Made by a program: the position numbers and the translations under genes | Notes under the pieces: model-generated | Databases searched by the model: none | What the model was told of the DNA's origin: nothing | Seen by the model: the letters and a program-made list of their open reading frames with translations, nothing else | Assembly: GCA_963701095.1 (NCBI GenBank) | Contig: OY969564.1 | Span: 672,001-736,000 of the forward strand | Source: an uncultured Methanoregulaceae archaeon | GTDB lineage: Archaea; Halobacteriota; Methanomicrobia; Methanomicrobiales; Methanospirillaceae | Length of the DNA: 64,000 nucleotides | Direction: 5' to 3' | Shown: positions 42,901 through 52,925 of the stretch, one piece after another | Layout: each line of letters opens with the position of its first letter | How positions within the stretch are numbered: position 1 is the stretch's first letter

Positions 42901-43543
42901 GACAAACCGGAAACTCAGTCTCCTGTCTGGCATCACCCGTCATGATATCAACAACCAGTTGCTGATTCTGCAAAGCTATCTGGCGTTACTGGAAAAAAAT
43001 CGATCCGAAGTCGAATTTAAGGAGTTTTTACTTAAAGCCGTAAACAGTGCAACGCGTATTGCAGCAAATGTCAGGTTTGCCAAGGAATATGAATCGATTA
43101 TTATCGAGATTCCGGTATGGCAGGAGTGCCGCACACTTGTTGACGCGGCGGCAAAGAAAATCACTCTGGGAAAAGTCGCAGTAATCAACGATATTCCCCC
43201 CGGAACAGAAATGTTTTCCGACCCTATGGTTGAGAAGATCTTCTATAACCTGATCGATAATGCACTAAGGCATGGTGGCGGAAAGTTAACCCATATCCGG
43301 TTCTTCTCTGAAGAAACGGATGCCGGACTGCTGCTTGTTTGTGAAGACGACGGCGTGGGAATCAGCCGGGAGGATAAAAAACGTCTCTTCGAACGAGGGT
43401 TTGGAAAAAATACCGGTATGGGTCTTTTCCTTTCCCGCGAGATCCTGTCAATCACCGGTATTACGATTCAGGAATGTGGACAGCCAGGAACCGGAGCACG
43501 ATTCGAGATTACCGTACCGAAAGGTAAGTGGCGACGTTGCTGA
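39947..43543 (+). CDS. hybrid REC-GAF-multi-PAS histidine kinase
   Basis: TTG start MFTILYVDDE, GAF (TGLWGEAVRQRRPVITNDY), five PAS modules, ITRHDINNQ, HATPase. Confidence 0.93.
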   Translation: MFTILYVDDEATLLEIGKLFLESGGQFSVDTITSASAALAVMDTKSYDAIIADYQMPEMDGIEFLKKVRTSGNTIPFILFTGRGREEIVIQALNEGADFYLQKGGEPKSQFVELSHKIITAIERKRALAALNKEDYGLKTLVSFYEMTSGPLKDLMIFAVEQAVKITASTIGYLAFVSDDESVLTMYAWSSEAMKECHIHRKPIEYPITTTGLWGEAVRQRRPVITNDYAAKNPLKKGYPKGHVPIKRHMNIPVFDGSHIVMVAGVGNKPSDYDETDVHELSVLMSGLWNVIKQRRGEEELLKKNEDLNASNEQLVAAEEELRSQYDALAKNETLLRTSEEKIRESEEFLRRVITGAKEGIIVYDQELRIKLWNRFMEDLTGIDAADVVGKNALDLFPFHKTLGNDILMMKALEGLTEESRDFEFVIPSSGKRGWVKSVFSPNYDIHGTIIGVIGLVRDITERKKIEAALQKSWQQYREVIEDQTEFICRFRPDSTIVFVNDAYCRYFGMNRHEILGHRFRAKIPPEDRERVNRFFASLTPDHPVDTIEQRIIMPDGSIRWQQWSDRAIFDSSGTVTEYQSVGRDITEKKEADEAVQTSLRQLNTLVSGLNAGVIMISENNRVVQVNQALCDIYDLPETPEQLSGLTAQALIEKIMGSYVSPHEARARIQKIAREDKTVIGYEVTLRNGRTVLIDYIPIIDPKGQKRGRIWHIQDVTPHKREEGARFENEQRLNSIYNTVVDSIFQLALEPGGRYRFTSVNQAFCKITGLSYESIIGKTVNEIIPEPSLTKVLVKYRQAIEEKIIVRWEEISHYPTGELIGDVSIAPIFDKEGICTHLIGSVHDITSFKRTEEALRESEGKFRGIFDMINDGIHIHDMDPEGKPGKFFDVNEVACQMLQYTHEEMLELGPFDIVTEYHSRQLDEILCELSTTGHAIFETEHRRKDGTVVPVEINVHIGYIQGKRMGISVVRDITEHKQIEETLYQTNRKLSLLSGITRHDINNQLLILQSYLALLEKNRSEVEFKEFLLKAVNSATRIAANVRFAKEYESIIIEIPVWQECRTLVDAAAKKITLGKVAVINDIPPGTEMFSDPMVEKIFYNLIDNALRHGGGKLTHIRFFSEETDAGLLLVCEDDGVGISREDKKRLFERGFGKNTGMGLFLSREILSITGITIQECGQPGTGARFEITVPKGKWRRC

Positions 43544-43609
43544 TCGATATACAGAGAATGAACATCTGGCAGAAGAGGATCAAAAAAGTCCAGAAAATGA
43601 ATAAATCCA

Positions 43610-44131
43610 TTACGATACTTCTAGGGTCGTTTGTCCGTTGGGACGCAGGCCGCACTGTCTCATAAGGCGGGATGTTCGGATAGGATACTTGTTCTCCTCA
43701 GTTGGAACTATCTCGAGGTAGTGATCCGCCTTCCGTGCAAGTGCTGAGAAGGTGCGATCAGCAAGAGGGGTATAGAGAATCACCAGCGACTCACGGGCCA
43801 GCTCCTTGAGAGCGTTGGCGATTGGTTCGAGCATCTCAAATGCCCCATCAAAAAGCGAAGGGTCGTGCTCGATAAAGACGACGGTATAGCCAGCTTCCCG
43901 GAGTATGGTGAAGAGCTGGTGTGCAGTGAATCCCCGCCGGACGTCAAAGTTCTTTGACTGCCGGTTGATGCCTGACAGGATCCGGGAGTAGTTCCCGCTG
44001 ATGTAGAGGAACAGAAACCGCTGGAGATCTGTGTTGCTGTTGATGGCGGCGATTATCTCTTTCTCGGGTGCGATTACCGCATTGAATGTTCCCGGATAGA
44101 GTGCCAGTCCCTTTCGGATCTCGATCTGCAT
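43610..44131 (-). CDS. inactive RecA/RadA-like fold protein (type often linked to archaeal PolB2)
   Basis: FLYISGNYSRILS, VRRGFTAHQLFTIL, VVFIEHDP; no intact Walker A. Family assignment is from recollection, not a search. Confidence 0.55.
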   Translation of the reverse strand: MQIEIRKGLALYPGTFNAVIAPEKEIIAAINSNTDLQRFLFLYISGNYSRILSGINRQSKNFDVRRGFTAHQLFTILREAGYTVVFIEHDPSLFDGAFEMLEPIANALKELARESLVILYTPLADRTFSALARKADHYLEIVPTEENKYPIRTSRLMRQCGLRPNGQTTLEVS

Positions 44132-44588
44132 AGCACCGGATCCCTGCTGCACTGAGGAGGATAAGGATCCGGCCATGAGGGGGGTGAAAGTGAACATACG
44201 CCCGCATATGACGGAAAACAATTCGATTTCTACGTGCTATTGCGTTAGAGGGATTCACTGAAATGATATCATCGTAATCAATTCTTGTAACGTATGTAAA
44301 GAGTCCCGATACCGCATCAAAACCTCCAGACCATCGTAAAAATTTTGAAAACCGCTAGTTTCATTTTTTGAAACTTTTATCCCCCTTTATATTTCCTGCA
44401 GTTAAAGAAATGGTCATGAAATCGGACATGGGATCAAATGGTGCATTCAATGGTTGTTCTATAAATACATATACAAGAATAATAATTAATTCATTTATAG
44501 AAAAAACATCGATATTTACGGCTGATATGATGAATACTGCGAGGTTAATAAGTGATAAAAATTATATATTAGATAAAGAGGGTTTTTA

Positions 44589-46310
44589 ATGCTTCTACGA
44601 TATTCGCCTATCACACTGGTTTTTACTCTGTTTCTTTTATGTGCATTGGTCGTGCCAGTGTCGGGAAGCCCCCCAATTTATATCACTAACACCACAACCT
44701 CTGCACAACTCCAGACTTTGCTTAATGGAACGGCGGGTGGAAGTACAATCATCCTCGAAAATGGGACATATCTGATAAATGATATCCTTATTACCAAGGA
44801 CGTAACACTCGAATCAGATCCATTAGATGGCGGCAATGCACAGAACACAATCATTGACGGGATCGATGCACCAGCAAATTCACAGGGCGTTTTCTATAAT
44901 AACACTAACTCAGGCGTAAGTACCACAATTACCCTCATAAACCTGACTATAAGGAACGGATATTCAGTCAGCACAAATGGAGGGGGTGCAATCCACGATT
45001 ATGGCGATATCACTGCAGTCTCGTCAGATTTTATTAACGACACATCACCAGGTCATGATGGTGGAACCCTTAGCATACATGGATTTACTGCAAATATCAC
45101 GGTTTCCGGGGCAACCTTCATAAATTCTACAGGATTGGAAGGCGGTGCTATTTATGATGATTCCGGATATGTTTTTGTTAACTCATCATCATTTGTTAAT
45201 TGCCATGCAACCCTATTGGCAGGAGTTGTATATGGAGCGGATGGAGTGAATGCAACCTTCTCCCGGTTTAGTAATATCACTTCTGTAGATAATGCTTTCA
45301 TCGAAACGAATAGCGGAGATATTTACGCCCCAGATAACTGGTGGGGAACGAACAATCCAGGAATATCGACAATTTTTAAGGGGGGTGGCACCTATACAAT
45401 TAATCCTTGGCTTAACCTCACAGTTACCTCTACGCCTGTAACCGCAATGGGCCAGACCAGTAAGATCCAGACTAATCTTCTCTATTACAATGATAGCACC
45501 TCCCAGTCCGGGATTATTCCCACCGACGGAATTCCGGTTTCCTTTACTGTTTCTCCTGTCACATCCGGCACAATGATTCCTCCGTCCGGGACATTCACGA
45601 ATATGTTTTCGCCAATTTCAACGTTCACGCCATTGATTGGGGGACCGGTAACCGTTGATGTATCGGTAGACAGCGCCATCATACCGATTAATTTCGATGT
45701 GGCACCTGTTATCACCGGAATTACCCCGGCAGCAAGCCTTAACACCGCACCAATACCAGTCACTATCACGGGCTCCGGATTCTATAATACTACAACGATA
45801 TGGCCGACGGTGAACCTGACACGAAGCGGCTATAGTAATATCACACTTACCGGAGTGAGCGTCTCCTCGGTAACATCCATTAATGGTATAATACCGGCAG
45901 GGATCCCTGCAGGTGTGTGGAACATCGTCGTGACAAACCCCGACGGTCTGGAAGGCACTACTGGATCGGTCACCTTCGACGCTCAAATCTCCACACCTAA
46001 GAATAACAATAATGGCAGGCCCAGTTATGGTCAGCCTGAGAGCAATCCAGATAATGGATACACCGGCCCTCAGCCTGCTTCTCAGGGTGGTGCCCCCGTT
46101 AAACCTGCAGTTGTCCGGCAGGAGGCTCCTCCGGAAACTACGCCCATTTCCCCGGTCATAACTGCCCTTGCACCGGTCCAGAACCCAACCATCCTTGCCA
46201 TGGTCATTTTGACCCTCCAGGAATTCCAGTTCTGGCTGATTCTAGCCGTAATTATCATTATCCTGATTGCCATCCTGCGAAGATGGTGGATCAAGCGACA
46301 GGTCCTGTAA
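44589..46310 (+). CDS. membrane-anchored surface protein (right-handed beta-helix/GGAI repeats, IPT/TIG)
   Basis: Signal peptide, TIILENGTY, GGAI repeats, DNWWGTN, PVITGITP..VTITGSGF, WNIVVTNPDG, C-terminal TM plus RRWWIKR. Confidence 0.85.
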   Translation: MLLRYSPITLVFTLFLLCALVVPVSGSPPIYITNTTTSAQLQTLLNGTAGGSTIILENGTYLINDILITKDVTLESDPLDGGNAQNTIIDGIDAPANSQGVFYNNTNSGVSTTITLINLTIRNGYSVSTNGGGAIHDYGDITAVSSDFINDTSPGHDGGTLSIHGFTANITVSGATFINSTGLEGGAIYDDSGYVFVNSSSFVNCHATLLAGVVYGADGVNATFSRFSNITSVDNAFIETNSGDIYAPDNWWGTNNPGISTIFKGGGTYTINPWLNLTVTSTPVTAMGQTSKIQTNLLYYNDSTSQSGIIPTDGIPVSFTVSPVTSGTMIPPSGTFTNMFSPISTFTPLIGGPVTVDVSVDSAIIPINFDVAPVITGITPAASLNTAPIPVTITGSGFYNTTTIWPTVNLTRSGYSNITLTGVSVSSVTSINGIIPAGIPAGVWNIVVTNPDGLEGTTGSVTFDAQISTPKNNNNGRPSYGQPESNPDNGYTGPQPASQGGAPVKPAVVRQEAPPETTPISPVITALAPVQNPTILAMVILTLQEFQFWLILAVIIIILIAILRRWWIKRQVL

Positions 46311-46435
46311 CAGCTCAAAAAAAATTGAACTCATTTTTTCACGCTGAAGATTCCCTCCTTGTTTAATCACGGCAAACGGAAAATTATGACGCGGGATATA
46401 GGGCTAATCAAAAAGCAGGATCTTTTGGGAAAATA

Positions 46436-46800
46436 TTAGTCGGGGTAACCCCGTAATTTCCTGATAAGTTTGAGTTGATTATTGGCTTTGGTTTCTATCT
46501 CTTTTTCTATGGAATCCATGATATCGGTGATGGGTATAGCAAGCGCGTAGATCTTCAACGGGCGTCCCTTGGTATCTTGCTTGCTCTTGTGGGATACGAT
46601 CCAGCCACGATCCGTAAGGTATTGCATTGCTAAACTTACTGAATATAGGTTCCGTGCTCGATGTCACGGGAGGTGACTTCGGGAATATTTGTTAAAAAAA
46701 ACCAGCGCCTTTGCTCTATTTTTCTTCGTACCAATATCGATGAGAAGATTGGTAAATTCATTTTCCTTTTCCGTAAAATGGTAAACGTCTCAGTTCTGAT
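46436..46800 (-). pseudogene. decayed winged-HTH transcriptional regulator
   Basis: Fragments FTEKENEFTNLLIDIG..AKALVF / EVTSRDIEHGT / VSLAMQYLTDRGWI..KGRPLKIYAL; several indels and no start ATG. Confidence 0.7.
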
Positions 46801-46902
46801 TCTATCTTCTCCAAATTATTCCGGGTTGTTTTTTATGTAAGTATACTACAAAAAGTTCAGCCAAAATCTTGACGAAATTTAATGTAAGAATGAACATTGA
46901 TC

Positions 46903-46989
46903 ATGTGTGGCCGGTACTCGCTAATCTGCATCGATGATCTCTGCGGAAGGTTCCGTTTCCTGGACCCTACCATCGGTTTCCGATCGCAT
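46903..46989 (+). pseudogene. 5' fragment of an SRAP gene (29 codons)
   Basis: MCGRYSLICIDDLCGRFRFLDPTIGFRSH versus intact MCGRYSLICIDDLCGRFRVLDPTFGFRSH at 49946. Confidence 0.88.
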
Positions 46990-47149
46990 TCCCGCCACAG
47001 GATTGGATTACCATTGACATTTTTCTGCGCCGATGACCTGTCCTGATCAAATTTCAAACGTCACCGGGGCATCAGAACACCCTCCGATCTTTCAGGATTG
47101 TGGGAATTAATCTAAAGAGATTTATCCTTTCATTTCAATTAGTCAATTC

Positions 47150-49862
47150 ATGGTTCTGAACCCTAAGATCGCTGCGCAGATCAAAGGCATGTTACAGCAA
47201 AACCCGCAGGGTCTTAGTATCACCGAAATCGTCAAAGAGGTAAAGATCAGCCGGGGCACTGCTGGAAGATATCTCGAAAGCCTTCTCGCATCCGGGCAGG
47301 TAGATATGCGCCTCCATGGGATGGCCAAGATCTATACCCTCTCGCACCGGGTTCCAAATTCCGCAGTTCTGTCGATCTCCTCTGAATTCATCATGCAACT
47401 TGACCGCCACCTCAGAATACTATACATTAACGACCCCTTTGTCGAATTTCTTGGCACTACCCGGAAAGATCTCGTCGGAAAAAACCTTCAGTACTCCCCA
47501 CTGGTACTGATTCTTGATGAACTTTTCGAATTATTCTTAACACAGGTTAAGAACGGAGTTGATGGTGTCGAATGGAACGGAGAACTCTTACTCAGAAAAC
47601 AGAAGATCTTCATTGCCTGCCGAGTCATGCCAACTGTTTTTGAGAACGGGCAGAAGGGGGTATCTGTCACTCTTGAAGACATCACGGATCGCAAGCGATT
47701 AATGGAAGATTTGCAAGCGAGTGAGGAGATATACAACCGCGTCATCTCGACTGCAAATGAAGGTGTATGTATCCTTGACCGGAACCTACGCATCACTTTT
47801 ACGAATGAGCGTTTTGCCGATATGTTAGGATATTTGCGCGAGGAGGTGGAGGGCCATGAGGTATGGGATTATGTTTTCGAGGATGACAAGCCTACCCTTG
47901 AACATCATTTTGCGACCCGGAGTAAGGGGAACTTCGAGATAAGAGGATGGCGTAAGAATGGAAGTGTTGTCTGGTTCCTGATTTCTGCTTCACCTCTTAT
48001 CGGTAAAACCGGTTCTTTCCTGGGATTTTTCGGAATGGTCACTGATATCACCGAGCGGAAGCAGGCTGAGGAGGCACTCCGGGAGAGCGAGGAGAAATAC
48101 CAATCAATTATTGAGGGGTTACCCGATGCTGTCAGCGTTGTCGACAAAGACTTAAAAGTGACTTTTGCCAATGCCAATCTCCTCTCATGGCTGCAGAGCA
48201 TGGGGAGGCCAACCGACATTATAGGAAAAACGGTCCTTGATGCATTCCCCTTCCTCTCATCCACAGTCCTTGAAGAATATCGCACTGTTTTTTTGAAGGG
48301 AAAAATAATAATTACCCAGGAGTCTTCCCGAATCGGCGATTCGGAGATCGTTACTGAGACCCGTAAGATCCCCGTCGAAGAGAAGGGTGATATAGTTGCC
48401 GTCATTGCCGTAATCAGGAATATCACCGAACGCAAGAAGGCTGAGGACTCGCTCCGGGAAAGTGAACGGCGTTTCGCGCTTTTTATGGAGAATCTTCCTG
48501 CGGCGATGTATATCAAGGATCGCGATGGCCACGTTGTTTTCAGCAACCGTTTCCTGAACGAGTTGTTCGGCTGGTCAGATCCTATAGGAAAATCGACGAT
48601 TGATCTCCTTCCGTTGGATGTTGCACAACGGATGATCGAGGACGATCACAAGGCTTTTGATCAGGACGTAATCTCTGTCGTGGAATCTGTGACTGATATT
48701 CACGGAAAGAAGCGATATTTTAAAACCACCAAATTTTCCGTTCCGGATGCTGGTGGCGCCTCGCTCATGGGAGGTATTTCTCTTGATATCACCGAACAGA
48801 AACAAACCGAAAACGAACTCCGGCAAAGTGAGGAAAAGTATCGAAAACTCCTGTTTGGAGCAGGAATCGGTGTCGGATATTGGAATCCGGACGGTATCCT
48901 CCTGTATCTCAATGAGATCAGACTTAAAGCGCCTCAACGGGAAAGAAGAAGACTTTATTGGTAAACATATCCGCGACCTTATTAAACAACCTGGCGATGC
49001 AGAAAAATACCTTGAACGGATGCATAAGGCGGCAATCTCTCCTGAACCGTTGGTATACGAGGATTATGTTACCCTGCCCTCCGGAAAAGGCTGGTATTTA
49101 TCGATCTATGCAAGAATTACGGATTCTGATAAAGCAGTGATTGGAATCCAGGTGTGGTCCATAGATATTACTGAACGCAAAAAGGTTGAATTAGCACTTG
49201 ATGTGGCAAGAAAGAAACTGAAGGTGCTCAACACAATTGCAAGCCAGGACATTCAGGAAAGTGTGTTTGCCCTGTCGGCATACCTGAGCCTGGCAAAAAA
49301 AGAATTCACTGACAAGAAATTCCACGAATATATCGATAAAGAAACGGATCTTACCAAGAATATTATTCAATCTCTGAATGTAGCCAATGAATGCCAGGAG
49401 CTGGGCACGAAACCACCGAAGTGGCAAAAAGTGGAAGATGTTTTTATTTATGCCATCTCTCATCTGGATTTCAGTAATATCTCACGGGATATCGTACTCG
49501 ACGGTCTTGAAGTCTATGCCGATCCACTCCTGGAAAAAGCATTTTTCCACATGATGCATAATACGCTCGCGCATGGTGTCCGGGTGACAGAAGTAAGAAT
49601 CTATTATAAAGAAATCGAAGGCGGGATCCGGATAGTTATTGAGGATAATGGAGTTGGCGTACCCAGGGAAAAAAAGGAGTATATCTTCGAACGAGGATTT
49701 GGGAAAGGCAGGACGCTTGGGCTCTTTATTGTGAGGGAGATGCTCTCTATTACCGGGATGATGATCGTGGAAACCGGTGAACCGGGCAAAGGTGCACGGT
49801 TTGAAATAACGGTGCCAAAAGGATCATACCGGTTTTCCGTTCATTTTAAAGACACTCAATAA
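47150..49862 (+). CDS. winged-HTH multi-PAS histidine-kinase-like protein, +1 frameshift near 48926
   Basis: NPQGLSITEI..ISRGTAGRYLESL HTH, five PAS modules, HATPase DNGVG/LGLF; the H-box reads IASQDIQ. Confidence 0.85.
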
Positions 49863-49945
49863 AAATACACAGCAGGCGTGGATGTAATAGTTCAGAACCA
49901 TTGGTCGCAAGGTTGATGACCCCGGCAGAATAATGACCATCAATC

Positions 49946-50689
49946 ATGTGTGGCCGGTACTCACTAATCTGTATTGATGATCTCTGCGGGAGATTCCGGG
50001 TTCTTGACCCGACCTTTGGTTTCCGTTCTCATTTCAATATCGCACCGGGCAGCACAAACCCAGTGATCGTGGCGCATGAAAGGGCAGAAGCGGTGATGAT
50101 GCAGTGGGGGCTTGTTCCGCGCTGGGCAAAATCCGGATCTGTCTGGCCTATTGGCTTCCGGCTTCCTGTTATGTGGGGCCAACTCATGCCGCACTCTGGC
50201 AGGGATGTTCTGCCAGCCAACCGGCCTATCAATGCCCGGGCGGAAAGTCTGACGGAAAATACGATGTTCCGGGATTTGTTGAAGGAAAACCGGTGTCTTG
50301 TTCCGGCGAGCGGTTTTTTTGAATGGAAACACGAAGGCAAGCACAAAGTTCCCTTCTACATTCACGTAAAAGATGATCCGGTCTTTGCATTTGCCGGGCT
50401 ATGTGATAGCTGGCAGGACGCATCAGGAACAATCCTCCAGACGTATACGATCATTACAACAGCCGCTAACGAACTGGTTGCCCCACTCCATGACCGGATG
50501 CCGGTGATCCTTAGACAGGATGACGAGATGCGCTGGATATCGAGGGGTGAGCTCCCCGATGATGAAATGAAGCGGATCCTTGCGACATATCCGGCCGGGA
50601 AAATGGAATCTTACCCGGTGTCGGAGCGGGTTAACAAACCGGATGCAGATGATGAGAAGCTGATTGAACCGATAAAGGGACTTTTCTAG
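49946..50689 (+). CDS. SRAP (HMCES/YedK-family) SOS response-associated peptidase
   Basis: MCGR, FNIAP, WGLVP.W, INARAE, RCLVPASGFFEW, HDRMPVIL. Confidence 0.95.
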   Translation: MCGRYSLICIDDLCGRFRVLDPTFGFRSHFNIAPGSTNPVIVAHERAEAVMMQWGLVPRWAKSGSVWPIGFRLPVMWGQLMPHSGRDVLPANRPINARAESLTENTMFRDLLKENRCLVPASGFFEWKHEGKHKVPFYIHVKDDPVFAFAGLCDSWQDASGTILQTYTIITTAANELVAPLHDRMPVILRQDDEMRWISRGELPDDEMKRILATYPAGKMESYPVSERVNKPDADDEKLIEPIKGLF

Positions 50690-50843
50690 AGTCACCTAAT
50701 TTTTTTCGGTTCTTCTTATTCGTTAGACTTTTTAGAGATTGCATTAACAAGTTACAACGGCGTTGTAAACCATTAGTCCACGAATGTGGAAGGTACTTAC
50801 CATCAATGAATTCATATATTTAACCAGCAGAACGAAAAAAGGC

Positions 50844-51320
50844 ATATCCGTTCTCATAGTTGATGACGATTCCATACTTGCACATTGCTCAGCATTTTCT
50901 GAAAAACAATACCTTTTGCACAGATTGAGCATATTCCAATGATGAAGCATTACAAAGAATTGAGCACAACCCGTACGATGCAATTGTGTCCGGTTATCAG
51001 ATGCCGGGAAAAAATGGCTTTGAACTGTTGAAACAGGTACGTGTTCTCAACTCGTCTTTACCCTTCATCCTTTATACGACAGGAGCAGGGAAGAAATTGT
51101 TATTCCGGGATTAAATGAAGGTACGGATTTCTATATTCAGAAAGGAGGGTATCCCAAATCTCAGTTTACAGAACTTCCCCACAAAATTCATCGGGCTATT
51201 GAAAGGAGAGTCGCTGCTGATGCAATTGAAGAACGCAACGAGATACTTGACGCAATCCTTGCTGCCTCACCTTTCGGGATTACATTGGTAAAAAACCGGA
51301 CTATCCAATAGGTAAACACG
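50844..51320 (+). pseudogene. decayed REC-PAS gene remnant
   Basis: ISVLIVDDD, AIVSGYQMPGKNGFELLK, LPFILYT, REEIVIPGLNEGTDFYIQKGG.PKSQF, AILAASPFGI, with frameshifts and stops. Confidence 0.8.
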
Positions 51321-51524
51321 TCACTAGTATTGATACATTCGCGTTCGGTTGATTTGATAGACCGCAGACAATAAGCTGTTTTGCCGATGTGGCAATAACG
51401 AGCAATTTCTATATTATTACTTTCTTTTATTTTAAACATAAATGCGGTATTCACGATGTTAAAAACCCCGATAATAAACAATGATTCACAAAATACTAAA
51501 TATTAATCAAGCATTTTTCAAAAT

Positions 51525-51764
51525 ATGTTTCAAATATCCTTAAGCGATTTTTCCAAATTGAATTGTGATATCAGTAACGAGATAGAGAAAGTTTTATTAA
51601 AACTTGTTGCTGATGGCAAAATCAAAGTAATTCCCGATGATACCCCAATAAAATCCGGAACTAGCGGCGAAAAAAGAAAAAGAGGCAGGCCGCCCAAGAT
51701 AAAAAATCAGGTAAAATCTGCCGAGGGTTCTAAACGAAAACGCGGCAGACCGAAAAAAGGGTAA
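51525..51764 (+). CDS. small protein with two AT-hook motifs
   Basis: KRKRGRPPK and KRKRGRPKK. Confidence 0.65.
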   Translation: MFQISLSDFSKLNCDISNEIEKVLLKLVADGKIKVIPDDTPIKSGTSGEKRKRGRPPKIKNQVKSAEGSKRKRGRPKKG

Positions 51765-51821
51765 CTATAGACCTCTGAAAAAAAATAATGGGAGAATTAA
51801 CAGGTCTACCAATAAAGCCAC

Positions 51822-52064
51822 TTAGCCCCTGTCGCAGAAATGACCAATGTCCAGGTTGTTTTTGTCAAAGATCTCGCAGGCAGGGCAGAAGCAACGATCC
51901 TCTTTCATATTCTGGGCATCTGACACGCCACGTGCACAGAAAAGGCTGTCTGGCATATGCTGTCCAAGGTTGTTCTTCCGGTAGCTCGGGCATGCACCGC
52001 AGTACTTCATACAGGTCTGTCGGTTCTCAGGGGTATCCTCAACGGCAATCGTGCTGCTTTTCAT
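51822..52064 (-). CDS. DUF2769-like Cys-rich protein
   Basis: VEDTPEN...C...C..CPSY...LFCARG.S......C.CPAC......L...HFC..G. Confidence 0.8.
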   Translation of the reverse strand: MKSSTIAVEDTPENRQTCMKYCGACPSYRKNNLGQHMPDSLFCARGVSDAQNMKEDRCFCPACEIFDKNNLDIGHFCDRG

Positions 52065-52196
52065 GATGAGTGGATGGAGCTATCGGGAATAATAGTTTTC
52101 CTGTCAGGTCTTTTTTTTCCGGGAAGACAGGAATGGGCTTTTGCGGACGCCGCTTTCACGATATTAAACGATCCCTATAAAAAAATTAAATCGCAT

Positions 52197-52445
52197 TTAC
52201 CGCCGGACGCAGTAATACCCGCCGCGGAGATGGTGCTTTGTAAAGAGCTCGCAGGCCGGACAGAAACAACCGATCTCTTTCATATTCTGTGCACTGGACG
52301 GTCCGCGGGCGCAGAAAAGCTCTTTTGGCTCGTTCCGGTGGAGGTCATGCCTTTTGTAGTTCTGGCAAATCGGGCAGTATTTTCTGCAGATTGCCTTGTT
52401 CTCATCGGTATCCGGTACAACAGGGGCTTTCGCTGATTCAAACAT
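52197..52445 (-). CDS. DUF2769-like Cys-rich protein (tandem paralog)
   Basis: Same Cys pattern, LFCARGPS, CFCPAC, YYC. Confidence 0.8.
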   Translation of the reverse strand: MFESAKAPVVPDTDENKAICRKYCPICQNYKRHDLHRNEPKELFCARGPSSAQNMKEIGCFCPACELFTKHHLRGGYYCVRR

Positions 52446-52501
52446 GTAAAAAAAGGTACGATATGAACATTAATAGATCTTACGGGGGATAGTGAGCGTA
52501 T

Positions 52502-52903
52502 GTGCAGGTATGCGAATATGCCGGCCTGACTCCCGGGCAGGAAAGAGACGTCAAGCGTGCCGTCGAAGGCACCTGCGAACTCTGCACCGAATACTTCGCT
52601 TTCCCGCTCCTCGAAATCCACCGGATCTCCCGTAAAATATACCGGGAGATGGCACGGGATCCCTCAAAACGTATCCTCGTGATCTGCGGTTCCTGCCACC
52701 AGCATATCCACCGGCTGCCTGTGCATGTTAAAGACCAGCGTGCCATTGTCGAGCGCCGACCCTTTTATATCCGGCAGGGAATCCGTAAGGCTCTTGGGTA
52801 CAAGCCAAAACCGTACTCACCTCCCAGAGAGTCTTCGCTATCCGCGATGTATGATGAGTATTTCTACCATTTCCCGCCAGGTTCATTCAGATTGGGTGGG
52901 TGA
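52502..52903 (+). CDS. HNH-like zinc-binding protein
   Basis: CELC...LEIHRI...ILVICGSCHQHIH. Confidence 0.65.
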   Translation: MQVCEYAGLTPGQERDVKRAVEGTCELCTEYFAFPLLEIHRISRKIYREMARDPSKRILVICGSCHQHIHRLPVHVKDQRAIVERRPFYIRQGIRKALGYKPKPYSPPRESSLSAMYDEYFYHFPPGSFRLGG

Positions 52904-52925
52904 AAAAGCCCAGAAATAAGGAACA

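Noticed and set aside
46903..50032. Diversity-generating retroelement template/variable pair
   Set aside because: Differences are mostly synonymous and not adenine-specific; no reverse transcriptase in the window.
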